Of a stretch of DNA of 64,000 bases, positions 17,850 to 28,268 are shown piece after piece. The DNA comes from a virus. A program made the position numbers and the translations under genes. Location: positions 32,001 to 96,000 of the IMG/VR virus record IMGVR_UViG_3300027833_003138. One strand, 5' to 3'. Numbering within the stretch: the stretch's first letter is position 1; every line of letters begins with the position of its first letter. The notes beneath the pieces were generated by a model, which searched no databases, was not told the origin of the DNA, and saw nothing but the letters and a program-made list of their open reading frames with translations.

Positions 17850-18491
17850 TTAACAATGTTTATGCCAAGAGTTCATTGTGAATGGAGGGTTAAGGTAATT
17901 ATAATGATTTTTAACCGCGTTATTCACAAATACCAAATCGCATTGAGCTAAGACATTGTGTTTGTAACAAAGATCAACAATATGGCATAATGAAAAATTT
18001 GATTCATGTAGAATATTACTAATCTGGTTAAACGCTGGCATTTTCGCCTCAATAATAACGAATGCACATTTGGCTAAACTATTTTTCGCCCCATTTAAAA
18101 TATCAACTTCTAGTCCGTCAACATCAATTTTAAGTAAAGCTGAATCTTGGATATTCTCCTCTGCAAACACAGTATCTAGAGATTTTACGCGAACCGAAAT
18201 TTCAGATTTCTCAGAATTTAAGTCGCTTCCCCCAGTTTTTCGATGAAGATACAACTTGGAATCAAATTCAGCACATCCAATATCTAGTAATTTATATTGT
18301 AGTTTGCTATAGTTTTTATGAATCGATTCAAAATATTGGGGGTCAGGCTCTATTAATATATGCTTAGCTTCGCTGAACACTCTCAATTCTTTTGTTTGAT
18401 ATTGACATCCAGCATCTATTATAGTCGAAAACGGAAAGCTGTATTGACATAAAAAATCACAAAAAAATTGTTTTGTAGGTTTAGGTTTCAT
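17850..18491 (-). CDS. FkbM-family methyltransferase
   Basis: IIDAG, IEP, SLD, LLKIDVDGLE..IL.GA. Confidence 0.85.
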   Translation of the reverse strand: MKPKPTKQFFCDFLCQYSFPFSTIIDAGCQYQTKELRVFSEAKHILIEPDPQYFESIHKNYSKLQYKLLDIGCAEFDSKLYLHRKTGGSDLNSEKSEISVRVKSLDTVFAEENIQDSALLKIDVDGLEVDILNGAKNSLAKCAFVIIEAKMPAFNQISNILHESNFSLCHIVDLCYKHNVLAQCDLVFVNNAVKNHYNYLNPPFTMNSWHKHC

Positions 18492-18502
18492 TGCGTTTGG
18501 TT

Positions 18503-19387
18503 TTATAGGTTATTTAAAAAATTTATAAAATATTCAACGCTAAGTTCTTTTTTGGTTGATCGTATGGCTAGATAATCTGAAACTTCCTGTATGAAAGCTC
18601 TATCTGTTAATCGTTTGTCGATGTTGTCTGGCAGATCATCTAAATACATAGGATAGTCTTCCCCTAGATACTCTACAATGGGCGGAATTTTATTAACTAA
18701 AACGGGCGTGTGCGTCATTATATGTTCAAGAATAGAGGTGCTGGCAGAGCAATCATCGTAAAAAGCATAACCTATTGTGCAGGTTAGAAGCTCTATATAA
18801 TCATCTGGCTCAAGAAAACCATTTCGAAAAATAATAGAATCATTATCTGAAAGGCTCTTTTTGTACTTTTTTTCCCTTGCTGTCCTATCACAAGTAATTA
18901 ACTTGGTTAAGTTAGAATTAAAATTAATAAAGTGATTAATATTCCTTCCGAAAAACCCACTATGCCTCAAGGTTGGAGCTGTGAAATAGAGATCAATTTC
19001 AAAACGATGACCTGTGTCGGGCTTTGGGTGCAAAAGTGTTTTAATGGGAATTGACGTTTTCGTCTGACAGTGTTGCCTTGTGTGTTCGCTGGTCGTTAAC
19101 AAAAAAAGACAATTATCTTTGGTTTTCCTATAAATAGCAGAGGAGAAAAAACGGTTTAAGTTTTGCTCTCTAGACTCGCTAGCGATGCCATGTAAAATTC
19201 CAACCCATTTATTTCTTTTCAATAAATCAAGTTGATATTCATTGTGGTATCCATCTGCCCATGCATCTAGAATCGGTTCGCCTTCGACTAATTTAGCTTG
19301 CCGCTTAAACTTTTCGATAATAAATCCCCACCCATAAAAATGGTCTTTTATAATACTCGCGGGGCATCTAATGTGAGAGAAATTCAT
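18503..19387 (-). CDS. putative GT-B-like glycosyltransferase
   Basis: SASTSILE...TPVLVN..P..VEYLG resembles a GT-B C-terminal donor-binding region; weak. Confidence 0.45.
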   Translation of the reverse strand: MNFSHIRCPASIIKDHFYGWGFIIEKFKRQAKLVEGEPILDAWADGYHNEYQLDLLKRNKWVGILHGIASESREQNLNRFFSSAIYRKTKDNCLFLLTTSEHTRQHCQTKTSIPIKTLLHPKPDTGHRFEIDLYFTAPTLRHSGFFGRNINHFINFNSNLTKLITCDRTAREKKYKKSLSDNDSIIFRNGFLEPDDYIELLTCTIGYAFYDDCSASTSILEHIMTHTPVLVNKIPPIVEYLGEDYPMYLDDLPDNIDKRLTDRAFIQEVSDYLAIRSTKKELSVEYFINFLNNL

Positions 19388-19390
19388 AAT

Positions 19391-20041
19391 TCAAACAATT
19401 GAACGCGCGATATTTATCACATCTCCAAAGCCTCCAGAGTCTGTAATCGAATGCTTCGCCAAAGAAAGCGTTAAAAAGTCTTCGTCGATATGATCAACTT
19501 GTCTTTTCTCGTTTTGATGTATCGAAATAGGCAAGTTAAATCTAACTTTTATGGTTTGAATTATGTCGTTAAAACGAATGCGGTTTTCGTCTACAGCTTC
19601 TTCGCTGAATTGCCAGATTTTTTTAAACTCGTTATCTCCAAAATGTAATGCTGATACTATTTCGATCTTTTTAATTTCTTTGTTTTGATTTGATTTTTCA
19701 TATATTTTTGAATATAATTTATCTGGAAAGTAAAGAAATAGACCAACGCTTTTGCCGTATGAGTGCATAACGCAATCCCCTAGTCTCATGTTAATGTATA
19801 AAGTATTTTCGTTAACATTCACTCTGTTTTTTAGGGAATTAATGCATTTTTTGAGAGCATTTATGTTTAATTTGTTTAAAGGGCCCTTAGATTCTAAATA
19901 GAGCCTTAATAGGCTGCCTTCGTATTCGGTATTGTTTAGGATGACTTCTTTATCGTGCAACCATCTGGCCCCTTTACAAAATAATAGATCTCCTAGTCTA
20001 TAATGAGGGTTTGATTTAAAAATCTTGATTTGATCGAACAT
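19391..20041 (-). CDS. putative fucosyltransferase-like (GT11/GT23-like) protein
   Basis: YINMRLGD resembles H(V/I)RxGD; D.DF..L...GGF tail. Confidence 0.45.
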   Translation of the reverse strand: MFDQIKIFKSNPHYRLGDLLFCKGARWLHDKEVILNNTEYEGSLLRLYLESKGPLNKLNINALKKCINSLKNRVNVNENTLYINMRLGDCVMHSYGKSVGLFLYFPDKLYSKIYEKSNQNKEIKKIEIVSALHFGDNEFKKIWQFSEEAVDENRIRFNDIIQTIKVRFNLPISIHQNEKRQVDHIDEDFLTLSLAKHSITDSGGFGDVINIARSIV

Positions 20042-20049
20042 GGTTTTTA

Positions 20050-20688
20050 TTAAAATTTATAACCAAATCTATCTATATCTTCAGCGTAAACCTCGGTTAC
20101 TATTTTTTTAGTTTCTTTACTGTAATACTCTGAGTAATGCTTTCGTTTAATTTGTTTTTCGTGGAGCAGTTGAGCTTTAGGAAAAGCAATAAGGCTACAT
20201 AACGCATTGTAGTCTTTTTGGAAATTTTCTAGCCTACCAATAAAATTAACACCCTGCGGCACATAATCACTCTGAGGTTGCCAGTGATGATCTGAGTGTT
20301 GATTGATGGAAATGTCAAGAAATTCCTCGAATGTCGTGTTTTTGCCTACATTGATGTTATGGTCTTTCAAGAGTCCAGTCGCATAACTATTTGTCGTAAA
20401 ATATTTCCATGCCGATAATATTCGATCATATGGATTGCGCACGAATGTAAAAGAAATATATCGCTTATCTGTATGTATTGGAGCTTGAACTGAATTTAAG
20501 CAAGGAGAGCAAGGGCCTAAAGGCCAAGATTTTGGAAACAGCATTCTCCGCAAAGTTGAAGAACCAACTTTTGGGACATCGTAGTAAATGTAGTTTTTTA
20601 CATTATCAATATAGCGAAATGTATATTTTCTTCTATCTCCTGCGGCCGAAGGGCATAGGCAACCTTTTGATTCGCATCTTATTTTCAT
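20050..20688 (-). CDS. sulfotransferase (Sulfotransfer_2-like)
   Basis: YYDVPKVGSST, VRNPYDRILS, HW.PQ, DIDRFGY; GTGTA 10 nt upstream. Confidence 0.9.
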   Translation of the reverse strand: MKIRCESKGCLCPSAAGDRRKYTFRYIDNVKNYIYYDVPKVGSSTLRRMLFPKSWPLGPCSPCLNSVQAPIHTDKRYISFTFVRNPYDRILSAWKYFTTNSYATGLLKDHNINVGKNTTFEEFLDISINQHSDHHWQPQSDYVPQGVNFIGRLENFQKDYNALCSLIAFPKAQLLHEKQIKRKHYSEYYSKETKKIVTEVYAEDIDRFGYKF

Positions 20689-20720
20689 GTCCAGTATATA
20701 CACCCGCTGATTAATTATAA

Positions 20721-21449
20721 TTATATAATTATTCGGTGCAATTTTTCACCCACGAAGTAATCAGGAACTTCAATATTGAATTTCTCACAACTAGTTTTGC
20801 AATTTTGAGTTGCTAGCCCTTTGTATGTGCTCTCTCCGTAAGTACAAATATTATGGTCTAAGGTAAGACATGTCCCAGTTAAAGGTTTAACGTGTTTGTC
20901 CATAGAGAGGGCTTTATATTGATGCGGCTCTTCTAGGTGCCCCCAGAACTCTCTTAGCGCTCCAACCCTAAAAAATTGATGAAGCCAATTGTTGGTGTAG
21001 GCATTATGCTCTATAAACCTAAGATTATCAAACGAAACACTTACCCCTTTGTTGTTGTTTTTCAGGCAAAGCGCGGAGTTCCTTATCGACCTAACGAAAT
21101 GGAAGCATACATTTACAATTTGAGGGTCATCAATTGAGTCAATAAAGGCCACGACCTGGTTCGCTTTTGCTTCGTCAATTTTTATTGGATACTTGTCATC
21201 AATGCACCAATATACCCACTCATTATCTTCAAGATCTTTCGTTAAACTATCAAATGTTTCTTTAAATTTAATATCTGTCTGCACGAGATCAACTTTTGTT
21301 TTGAATTTATCGCGAATCTTTTCTGGCTTTTTTTTATTCCAAGGTATTCTAAAAGTAAATGAATTGGAGGGCCAAAGCTGTTCATACTTAAGCAACATGT
21401 GCTCCGCCATTGCATGATATCTGTCGCAGCTTTGAACTATAGCTTTCAT
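20721..21449 (-). CDS. putative GT-A glycosyltransferase
   Basis: SCD.Y N-terminus and WCIDD acidic motif. Confidence 0.5.
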   Translation of the reverse strand: MKAIVQSCDRYHAMAEHMLLKYEQLWPSNSFTFRIPWNKKKPEKIRDKFKTKVDLVQTDIKFKETFDSLTKDLEDNEWVYWCIDDKYPIKIDEAKANQVVAFIDSIDDPQIVNVCFHFVRSIRNSALCLKNNNKGVSVSFDNLRFIEHNAYTNNWLHQFFRVGALREFWGHLEEPHQYKALSMDKHVKPLTGTCLTLDHNICTYGESTYKGLATQNCKTSCEKFNIEVPDYFVGEKLHRIII

Positions 21450-22141
21450 TGTAAATCTCGGTGTAGTGTTTGTTTCCAGTTTAAGTTCGAATCCGCCCAA
21501 TTAATTCTCTTTTGGCTCAATTTGTCTTTATATTCTAATAGATATACTTCGGCTCTCTCGTTTTCATATTTATGTTTTTTTGCGGATTCATGATGTTCGG
21601 GGTGAACAAGTATATTTACTTTGTATTGTATTTTAGGATTTAAAAACCTTAGTAAGTCATGAAACTCTTTTATGTCTTCTAGAGATGGAATGTAATGAGG
21701 GATAAACTGTTCGTTAGCGCAATAAAAAAAGTTTATGAAGTTAGCTTTACCCAACTCATTCTTAAAGCGATCCAGACGACGATTCATCATATCTGTAAAA
21801 GTGATTATTGATGTATTATATTTACCTTTATCAATATAATGCGGAGATATTAATGGAAAATTTTTACACTCAATTAACTCTTTAGATGTTATCCAGTTTT
21901 CATTTAATGGAACATTCTCACCATTGCAGCGATACCTCCAATGGTTTTGGCTATTGTAATTTAAGCAATAGTTTACAAAGTCATCTTGTTTGAATTTTTT
22001 AATCTTCATTATCTCGATAACAGTCTTAAAATTGGTGACCATGTTATCAAATATATGAGTCTCTAACTTGCGCCTAAGGAGTTTACTAATGTGAAGTGAC
22101 ATTTGGCACCCTTGCCCGAGGCTGATGTAGCTTTTGTTCAT
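21446..22141 (-). CDS. DUF1796-like putative papain-like peptidase
   Basis: YISLG.GC, IFD, RRLDRF pattern. Confidence 0.6.
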   Translation of the reverse strand: MNKSYISLGQGCQMSLHISKLLRRKLETHIFDNMVTNFKTVIEIMKIKKFKQDDFVNYCLNYNSQNHWRYRCNGENVPLNENWITSKELIECKNFPLISPHYIDKGKYNTSIITFTDMMNRRLDRFKNELGKANFINFFYCANEQFIPHYIPSLEDIKEFHDLLRFLNPKIQYKVNILVHPEHHESAKKHKYENERAEVYLLEYKDKLSQKRINWADSNLNWKQTLHRDLQ

Positions 22142-22143
22142 TT

Positions 22144-22749
22144 TTATTCTCCAAATTTGTATCCGAAATACTCAATGTCTCGTGCATATTTTTCCGCGAC
22201 AATTTCGCGAGTTTCATCATCGTAGTATTCGGTATAACGATTTCTGTTTCTTTTGTTAATATGTGGCAGTTTTAGGTCGGGTATATTTAAATAATTACAC
22301 ACGTACGAAAAATCATTTTCAAAATTTTCAAATCTGCCAAGAAAATCAACAGCCACATTACCTTCATTATCTCGTAAAAAATCATATTGAGGGACGGAGT
22401 GAGAGGGGTCAAGGTTTGTTGGAGATAAAAGAAACTTTTTTAAGCTTTGTTTTTTTGGGCCGCCGAAATAAAAGTAATCCGATATAGCTCTGTCCCACGG
22501 GTTTCTAATAAAAGAGAAAGAAAAATAATCATTCTTTAATTTTGGGTGAATTTCATAAACTTCACTGATTGTAAGATGTTGAAGATATTTTCCTGTATGC
22601 TCATCCCTACCAAGTAATAATTGCTTGTCGCAAAAATCATTTGGGAATTTTTTTTTGTCCCATAAATTATAACCAAATGAAGTTTCAATACTAGAACCTC
22701 CACACTTGGGCATGTGAATGAAGATAAACTTGTGCTTGTGGTTTATCAT
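22144..22749 (-). CDS. sulfotransferase (Sulfotransfer_2-like)
   Basis: FIHMPKCGGSS, IRNPWDRAIS, DIEYFGY. Confidence 0.9.
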   Translation of the reverse strand: MINHKHKFIFIHMPKCGGSSIETSFGYNLWDKKKFPNDFCDKQLLLGRDEHTGKYLQHLTISEVYEIHPKLKNDYFSFSFIRNPWDRAISDYFYFGGPKKQSLKKFLLSPTNLDPSHSVPQYDFLRDNEGNVAVDFLGRFENFENDFSYVCNYLNIPDLKLPHINKRNRNRYTEYYDDETREIVAEKYARDIEYFGYKFGE

Positions 22750-23390
22750 ATCCAACTGCCTCCCCAATGGTGTACAGCGTGCGCTTCTGGACAAGTTTTA
22801 GAAAAATCTTCTGATTTGCGATGAACTTCGTACCACAAGTAAGGATAAACAGTTTTTTTCGGAGAGTCTCTTCCGTCCGGCCTCCCCTTTTTTGAGCCCA
22901 GTATTTCAGTGATATATACAGGACCATATTTACAATCCGAAATTTTGTTTCCGTGAGATTTTTCTCGAGACGGCAGACTGTCTATGAGGCGCTTGAGGTC
23001 TAAATTTTTCTTGGTGGCCCCAAAAAATGCTCCGCATATTTTTTGCGGTTGCTGCCAATATAATACAATTTTCTCATCTTTCAATAAAGCGTCTATAGGC
23101 TTTAAGCATTCAAAGTCAGTATCGACATATAATCCTCCATACTGATATAGAATTTCAAATCTTAAAATATCTGACTTTTCCGAATAATTTTTGCAGTTTT
23201 TGAGTATTTTAGGATAGGTTATACTTAAATCTTGTTCGATTTTTAAGTCATCCCACATTATGTGTTCCCATTCGGGGTTTAATTTTTTCCAACTATCTTG
23301 CCACTCTTTTTCTTGGTTGGATAGCTCACTGCCACCTATATGAATTTGGTGTATGATTTTTGGAATGCTATCTTTTTGATCTAGCTTCAT
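22746..23390 (-). CDS. GT32 glycosyltransferase (Och1/DXD sugar-binding)
   Basis: IPKIIHQ, SDILR.EILY.YGGLYVDTD, HHW..SW. Confidence 0.85.
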   Translation of the reverse strand: MKLDQKDSIPKIIHQIHIGGSELSNQEKEWQDSWKKLNPEWEHIMWDDLKIEQDLSITYPKILKNCKNYSEKSDILRFEILYQYGGLYVDTDFECLKPIDALLKDEKIVLYWQQPQKICGAFFGATKKNLDLKRLIDSLPSREKSHGNKISDCKYGPVYITEILGSKKGRPDGRDSPKKTVYPYLWYEVHRKSEDFSKTCPEAHAVHHWGGSWI

Positions 23391-24036
23391 GTATTTGACG
23401 CATGGTATTTGAATTTACATAATGAGTTGTAATTTTGTCATGATTCATGATAGCGTTCATGCATACCGATTGATCTGATCTCGCGCTATCTGGGCTTGGT
23501 GTTGATAATAAATCCGTAACAGTTAAGTCGATTTTTTGATCGCGTAAGGCAAGCCCTATGGAGTAATCCTCCGCAGATTTGTTTTTGAATTCATTTTTGT
23601 AAAAATGTTTTAATGATTGCAGGCATTTCTCAACAGCTTTTCGCGTTAGAATGTATCCCGCACCCCCCTGAGCATATGGAAATGGGTTAACTATTTTGCC
23701 ACCTATATACCAATCAGCGCTTGCGTCGTAGTCTTTTAGAAATTGCATAAGTTTATCAAAATTTATATAAGTGTCATCGTCACACTTGAATAAAAAGTCC
23801 CACTCGTGTTTCAATGACTCCACAAGCATTTTGTAAGTTTTTTCAGGCAAACGAAATCGCGCTTCTCCTTCGTCAGGCGAACAATTCCACGTTTTATCCA
23901 TTTTTTGAGATTGCTGTTGATCTCCGTAAAAAAAATACTCATGTGGAGCTTTTATATTATTTACCCATGTATCTAAGCAAGCATTAGCTTGTTCTTGTGT
24001 GCCACTGTGAGTTAAAATTGTTGTTAATATTTTCAT
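23368..24036 (-). CDS. GT31 (Fringe/galactosyltransferase-like) glycosyltransferase
   Basis: FKCDDDTY, YAQGGAGY.L, ED...G. Confidence 0.8.
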   Translation of the reverse strand: MKILTTILTHSGTQEQANACLDTWVNNIKAPHEYFFYGDQQQSQKMDKTWNCSPDEGEARFRLPEKTYKMLVESLKHEWDFLFKCDDDTYINFDKLMQFLKDYDASADWYIGGKIVNPFPYAQGGAGYILTRKAVEKCLQSLKHFYKNEFKNKSAEDYSIGLALRDQKIDLTVTDLLSTPSPDSARSDQSVCMNAIMNHDKITTHYVNSNTMRQIHEARSKR

Positions 24037-24767
24037 TTTCTGTTTAAAATTTCTTTTACCACTTCGATCCTTACTTGATCGAGCGATGCGGATTCATATT
24101 TTTGTGGGTATTTTTTCATTATTCGATCAATATTGTGGTGAGAAACATGATATGCTCTGATGGGGTCGCGAATATCTGGAAAGTAGGGAGAGACATCTTC
24201 CTTTCTTTTTCGAGTCAAAGTTAATGAGTGTTGTTTTGCAAGCGACCGAAAGTTAGTATTGCTTTCTGTGAAATTATAAATAAAAAATTCTTGATCATGG
24301 TAGTGGTTTGCTTGTTTTTTAATTTCATCAAGCCTTAATAGGGTAATGTCGTAAAACAATTCGCATAATTTTTTAAATTCAGATGGCGTTCCAGAGGCCA
24401 TGCAAGGGCACGCGTCATCGAAAAAATGAATTCCTCCTACGAGGGGGTCGTTGATGGTCCATCTACCACTATTAATTACGTCGTAATCAGAGACAAGAAA
24501 TCTTTCGCTTTTATTATCTAAGGCAGAATATGCAAGCCATCTTACAAAACAACTCAATCCATATGGGGTTAAATCGTTCCCAGTAATTTCTTTAAAAATA
24601 AACCTCATTTTGCCAACAAATAAATCGTATTCTGGAGATTTTTTTGCATCGTTAATGTTAAGGGTAATAGGTTCAAAGCCCATTTCCTGCCAACTCAGGG
24701 CCCAAAGTTCGAGTAGCTCTTTTTGTTGTGGAAAATTAATTTCTTCGTAATATGTATAAATCTTCAT
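24033..24767 (-). CDS. putative GT-A glycosyltransferase
   Basis: RWLAY...SDYDV DxD motif, HDQ. Confidence 0.5.
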   Translation of the reverse strand: MKIYTYYEEINFPQQKELLELWALSWQEMGFEPITLNINDAKKSPEYDLFVGKMRFIFKEITGNDLTPYGLSCFVRWLAYSALDNKSERFLVSDYDVINSGRWTINDPLVGGIHFFDDACPCMASGTPSEFKKLCELFYDITLLRLDEIKKQANHYHDQEFFIYNFTESNTNFRSLAKQHSLTLTRKRKEDVSPYFPDIRDPIRAYHVSHHNIDRIMKKYPQKYESASLDQVRIEVVKEILNRK

Positions 24768-26668
24768 TGTGTAAGGCGGTTGTATAGTTTTTTGTCCCAT
24801 CGAGTTCTATCGAGAAATTTTTGTTGCAGCCTGGGGGGGAGCTGATTAAATTGAAGCGTGTTAATTTTACTTGATTTATTTCTATTTAAATAACTTTTCG
24901 GAGCTTTTGAAAAAGATAAATTATATGATTTAGAGAAAATCTCTTCTATAAGGTAATCAACTTGAGTAATATCTTTTATGTAGAATTCTTTCAGTTTTTC
25001 GATAGCGATATTGTAATGACCTTCATCTATTGGATCGCTCCACTTTAGGCATAAAACTTGCCTAATCAACCAACTGTCCTCCAGTTCTTCGCTTTCTATG
25101 TATTGCTCGAATGTGGGTGAAGCGATTTCATCTCGAACGGGTTCGTGGTCGCTATCACTGGATGTTAAATAATAAAATAGGGAGTTCGCCCTAGAAAAAG
25201 GTTCGCGTAAAGTCAAAAAATTAATTGGTTTACGGTTGTACCTCTCACAAATTTCATTAATAAATTCTAGGTTATCTTCCCAACCGATAAGTTCACTTTT
25301 AACAAAAGAACTGCCACTGTTTTGAGGCTCTATGAGTACAGCAAAAATAAAAGTTTTATTATTTTGAATGAAGGAGAGGAATTCTTCTGGAGAAAATTCT
25401 GATGACTTTTTAATTTTAAGGGGAATTGTTTCCTCGTGTAATACTTGATAGTCTTTATAAGTTTTTGCTTGTGGAAATTTTTTATGTAATGCTGTTACTG
25501 CATTTTCTCTAAGTTTTTGAGCATACTCTAGGTTTGTCCAATTTGAATTGTTTGGATATGCGCCACCAATATCAAGTTTGTGATAAGGAGTTGATGCAAT
25601 CTTTGCATGATAATGCAATGCGAAATAATCATGTAATCCCGGACCTCCAAGGAAAACAGTACATTTATTGCCGCTGGGAAAATTAATTGAAGCTTGAATT
25701 TTACCACACTCTTCTTGTGGGCTTTTTGATTTTAAATGTTGATCCAGTAAAAAACTTGTTGCACTTAATACATATGTTCCAGCATTTTTAGCTATATGGT
25801 AATATACTGGAAGCAGTGTTTGTGCTTCATTTAAGCTTCGTTTTTTGTGAAGAATAATTGTTTCTGGGTATTGCTCTATTACACTATCAATTGGAGTGCC
25901 TGCATCTATGGGCAATGAAAAATTAGCGATTATAGAAGAATCTATTAGGTTCTTATGCAAGCTTGACTGGCTGTGGCAATTCTTTCTTCCAAATGAGCCG
26001 CAATAAAGGAAGTGCATTGCTACATCAAAACTAATGAAGTTATTAATATTGTTTTTTATATTGTATTCTATTAATTTTTTAGACTCTTCAATAAATAGCT
26101 TTAGAAATGGAATGTTTCTGTAAATTGCGATGCCGTTTAAGTGCCCTGTCCATGACTCATAAAGGGGAAGTTTTTCTTTACCTTTGTATGTACTTCCAGC
26201 AATTAAAAATACATTGTTGTCGCAATAATTTACTATTTTGTCTAGCCAGTAATTTTTGATTGGTTGAGAGTCTGTTTCTAGCATTAAGATATCTCTATAG
26301 TTTAATTTTAAAATATTCTCAAAAGATCGATAAAATAAATTGTTTGGCCCTGTTGACCCGCCAAGTTTAAACCTCTCGGAGGATTCAACTTTAGAGAAAT
26401 CTTCAGGTGTTCGTACGTAAAAATCTTCAGATTCTGTCAAGTTTAGCACGAAAACGAAAACATTATTTACATTTTCTAATTTTTTGTATTCTAAGAGTGG
26501 TTTGTATTTATTTATATATCCCTTGTTGAGGTAAATATATATATCAAATTTTTTATCAACAGAAACTTGTTTAAGGAAGTATCTCGAAATACAATCGTCT
26601 AATACTCCAGAGTTATACTCTTTTTCCGTGGATAGAAACAATATACATAACTTGTTTGAAAATTTCAT
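24764..26668 (-). CDS. fusion of GT-like domain and sulfotransferase domain
   Basis: N-terminal LMLETD (ExD), HLNG; C-terminal YYHIAKNAGT, LREPFSR..S, D..LY. Confidence 0.7.
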   Translation of the reverse strand: MKFSNKLCILFLSTEKEYNSGVLDDCISRYFLKQVSVDKKFDIYIYLNKGYINKYKPLLEYKKLENVNNVFVFVLNLTESEDFYVRTPEDFSKVESSERFKLGGSTGPNNLFYRSFENILKLNYRDILMLETDSQPIKNYWLDKIVNYCDNNVFLIAGSTYKGKEKLPLYESWTGHLNGIAIYRNIPFLKLFIEESKKLIEYNIKNNINNFISFDVAMHFLYCGSFGRKNCHSQSSLHKNLIDSSIIANFSLPIDAGTPIDSVIEQYPETIILHKKRSLNEAQTLLPVYYHIAKNAGTYVLSATSFLLDQHLKSKSPQEECGKIQASINFPSGNKCTVFLGGPGLHDYFALHYHAKIASTPYHKLDIGGAYPNNSNWTNLEYAQKLRENAVTALHKKFPQAKTYKDYQVLHEETIPLKIKKSSEFSPEEFLSFIQNNKTFIFAVLIEPQNSGSSFVKSELIGWEDNLEFINEICERYNRKPINFLTLREPFSRANSLFYYLTSSDSDHEPVRDEIASPTFEQYIESEELEDSWLIRQVLCLKWSDPIDEGHYNIAIEKLKEFYIKDITQVDYLIEEIFSKSYNLSFSKAPKSYLNRNKSSKINTLQFNQLPPRLQQKFLDRTRWDKKLYNRLTQ

Positions 26669-26669
26669 A

Positions 26670-27383
26670 TTATGATAAATATTTATATAATTTCGATTGT
26701 TCTTCTCTCTTTATTAAAGAAATACACTTATCGACTTTCTTGGGTAATTGTTTTCTGAAATTTTTAAATTGAATTTCTGCTTTTTCTTGATCGTAGTTTG
26801 TGCCTCTTGGGTGAATGATTTTATGGTTTTTATCTCTCAGGACTAATTTTTTATTTAAAAAACTAATTGAAGCTAAAGCTAAATCAATACCCCATCCGTA
26901 ATCTTCATTACGAAGATTAATATTGTAATCTTTAAATTGGTTTATAATATCTTTATGTATGAACCAAACCGTTTCGTCTGTACATCCAACTATGTCTAAG
27001 TTTTGATGCCGTAATAAATTGCGCTTATCTTCTATCCTGAAACTTTCTGTTGTATACCAAGTATAGTCTATATTCGGAGAGTAAATTCCGCAATCATAGT
27101 GCTTGAAATAATAAATTGCATCGCTAACTAATTCTTCCCAGCGATCATAGGATACATCTCCTTGTATGTGGAATAAAATATCTCCAGAAAAGTTTTTAAG
27201 GGCAGTATTGAATTGCCCGGAAAAGTAAAATTCATCGCCAATATTAATCCAGTTTTCTGGGCAATAATGATCGTCGCTATTTATGACTTTAACTTTATCA
27301 AAAATAGAATTTAATTGAAAGAATATTTTTTTAGAGTTTTCTGATTTTCCTTTCCAGTTAAATATGAATGGCTCAATTACCAT
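26670..27383 (-). CDS. putative GT-A glycosyltransferase
   Basis: HIQGDV, GWGID motifs. Confidence 0.5.
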   Translation of the reverse strand: MVIEPFIFNWKGKSENSKKIFFQLNSIFDKVKVINSDDHYCPENWINIGDEFYFSGQFNTALKNFSGDILFHIQGDVSYDRWEELVSDAIYYFKHYDCGIYSPNIDYTWYTTESFRIEDKRNLLRHQNLDIVGCTDETVWFIHKDIINQFKDYNINLRNEDYGWGIDLALASISFLNKKLVLRDKNHKIIHPRGTNYDQEKAEIQFKNFRKQLPKKVDKCISLIKREEQSKLYKYLS

Positions 27384-27409
27384 TTCTCTTGGCGGCTTCT
27401 TCCTGCTTT
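27301..27409. repeat. 109-bp direct repeat copy A
   Basis: 107/109 identical to 28125-28233. Confidence 0.95.
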
Positions 27410-27479
27410 ATCGATCTTCATAACTATACCCAAATGCGTTGATGTCTACTGCGTATTTTTCTTCTATTTTCTCAACTAT
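27408..27479 (-). pseudogene. orphan sulfotransferase C-terminus
   Basis: Reads IVEKIEEKYAVDINAFGYSYEDR*, the family's Y..DI..FGY end, out of frame behind the intact gene. Confidence 0.7.
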
Positions 27480-28101
27480 CATAGCTATAACCTAGGTAAT
27501 CTATGTCTTTTTTATAAGATTTAGACACAATATCTATTGATTGATTATTGTATACTGTTCTGTAATCAGTTTTATTAGAGATATTTAAATGAGGTAATTC
27601 GATTTTCTGGATACCTATCCTACTGCATATATTGTCAAAGCTATCTTGCAACGTTTCCATTTTGCCTACAAAGTTAATATTGTCAGTGATCCACCTGGTC
27701 TGAAGCTCTGCAAAATTTGGATTGATGCTTGCAAATTCATTAAAATCTTCAAAGTTCCCAACTAAATCCTTATATGCTTCGTAAGCAGTGATCCATTTTT
27801 GTTTTTTTTCTGGATTTTCATCCCAGAATTTAATCATTTTTTTATAATATTTAAATATGCTTAAATGTCTATCCCACGGATTCCTTGAAAAGGAAAAAGA
27901 AAAATAATCATCCAAATTTTGACTACAATTATTCTTTATATCTTCTAATGTGATATGTTTAAGTATTGGGTTTTCCCTGCCTTCAGCTTTATCTGAAAGA
28001 TTAACCTTTTCATGAAGCGGTTGAAGTTTTGATTCTATTGAAGTCGTGCCCGTTTTCGGCGTGGCAATAAAAATAAATTTATGTTTGTGGGATATAATCA
28101 T
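27472..28101 (-). CDS. sulfotransferase (Sulfotransfer_2-like)
   Basis: FIATPKTGTTS, RNPWDRHLS, DIDYLGY. Confidence 0.9.
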   Translation of the reverse strand: MIISHKHKFIFIATPKTGTTSIESKLQPLHEKVNLSDKAEGRENPILKHITLEDIKNNCSQNLDDYFSFSFSRNPWDRHLSIFKYYKKMIKFWDENPEKKQKWITAYEAYKDLVGNFEDFNEFASINPNFAELQTRWITDNINFVGKMETLQDSFDNICSRIGIQKIELPHLNISNKTDYRTVYNNQSIDIVSKSYKKDIDYLGYSYDS

Positions 28102-28102
28102 A

Positions 28103-28207
28103 TTAAATTTCTCCCTCTAATAGCAAAATAGAATTTAATTGAAAGAATATTTTTTTAGAGTTTTCTGATTTTCCTTTCCAGTTAAATATGAATGGCTCAA
28201 TCATCAT
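28103..28207 (-). pseudogene. chimeric relic ORF
   Basis: MMIEPFIFNWKGKSENSKKIFFQLNSI (5' end of 26670-27383) joined to LLLEGEI* (like the LLLEGQL end of 29027-30715). Confidence 0.8.
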
Positions 28208-28233
28208 TTCTCTTGGCGGCTTCTTCCTGCTTT
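28125..28233. repeat. 109-bp direct repeat copy B
   Basis: 824 bp from copy A. Confidence 0.95.
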
Positions 28234-28268
28234 TGGGGGCAATGAAATATAATATATATTATCAATTT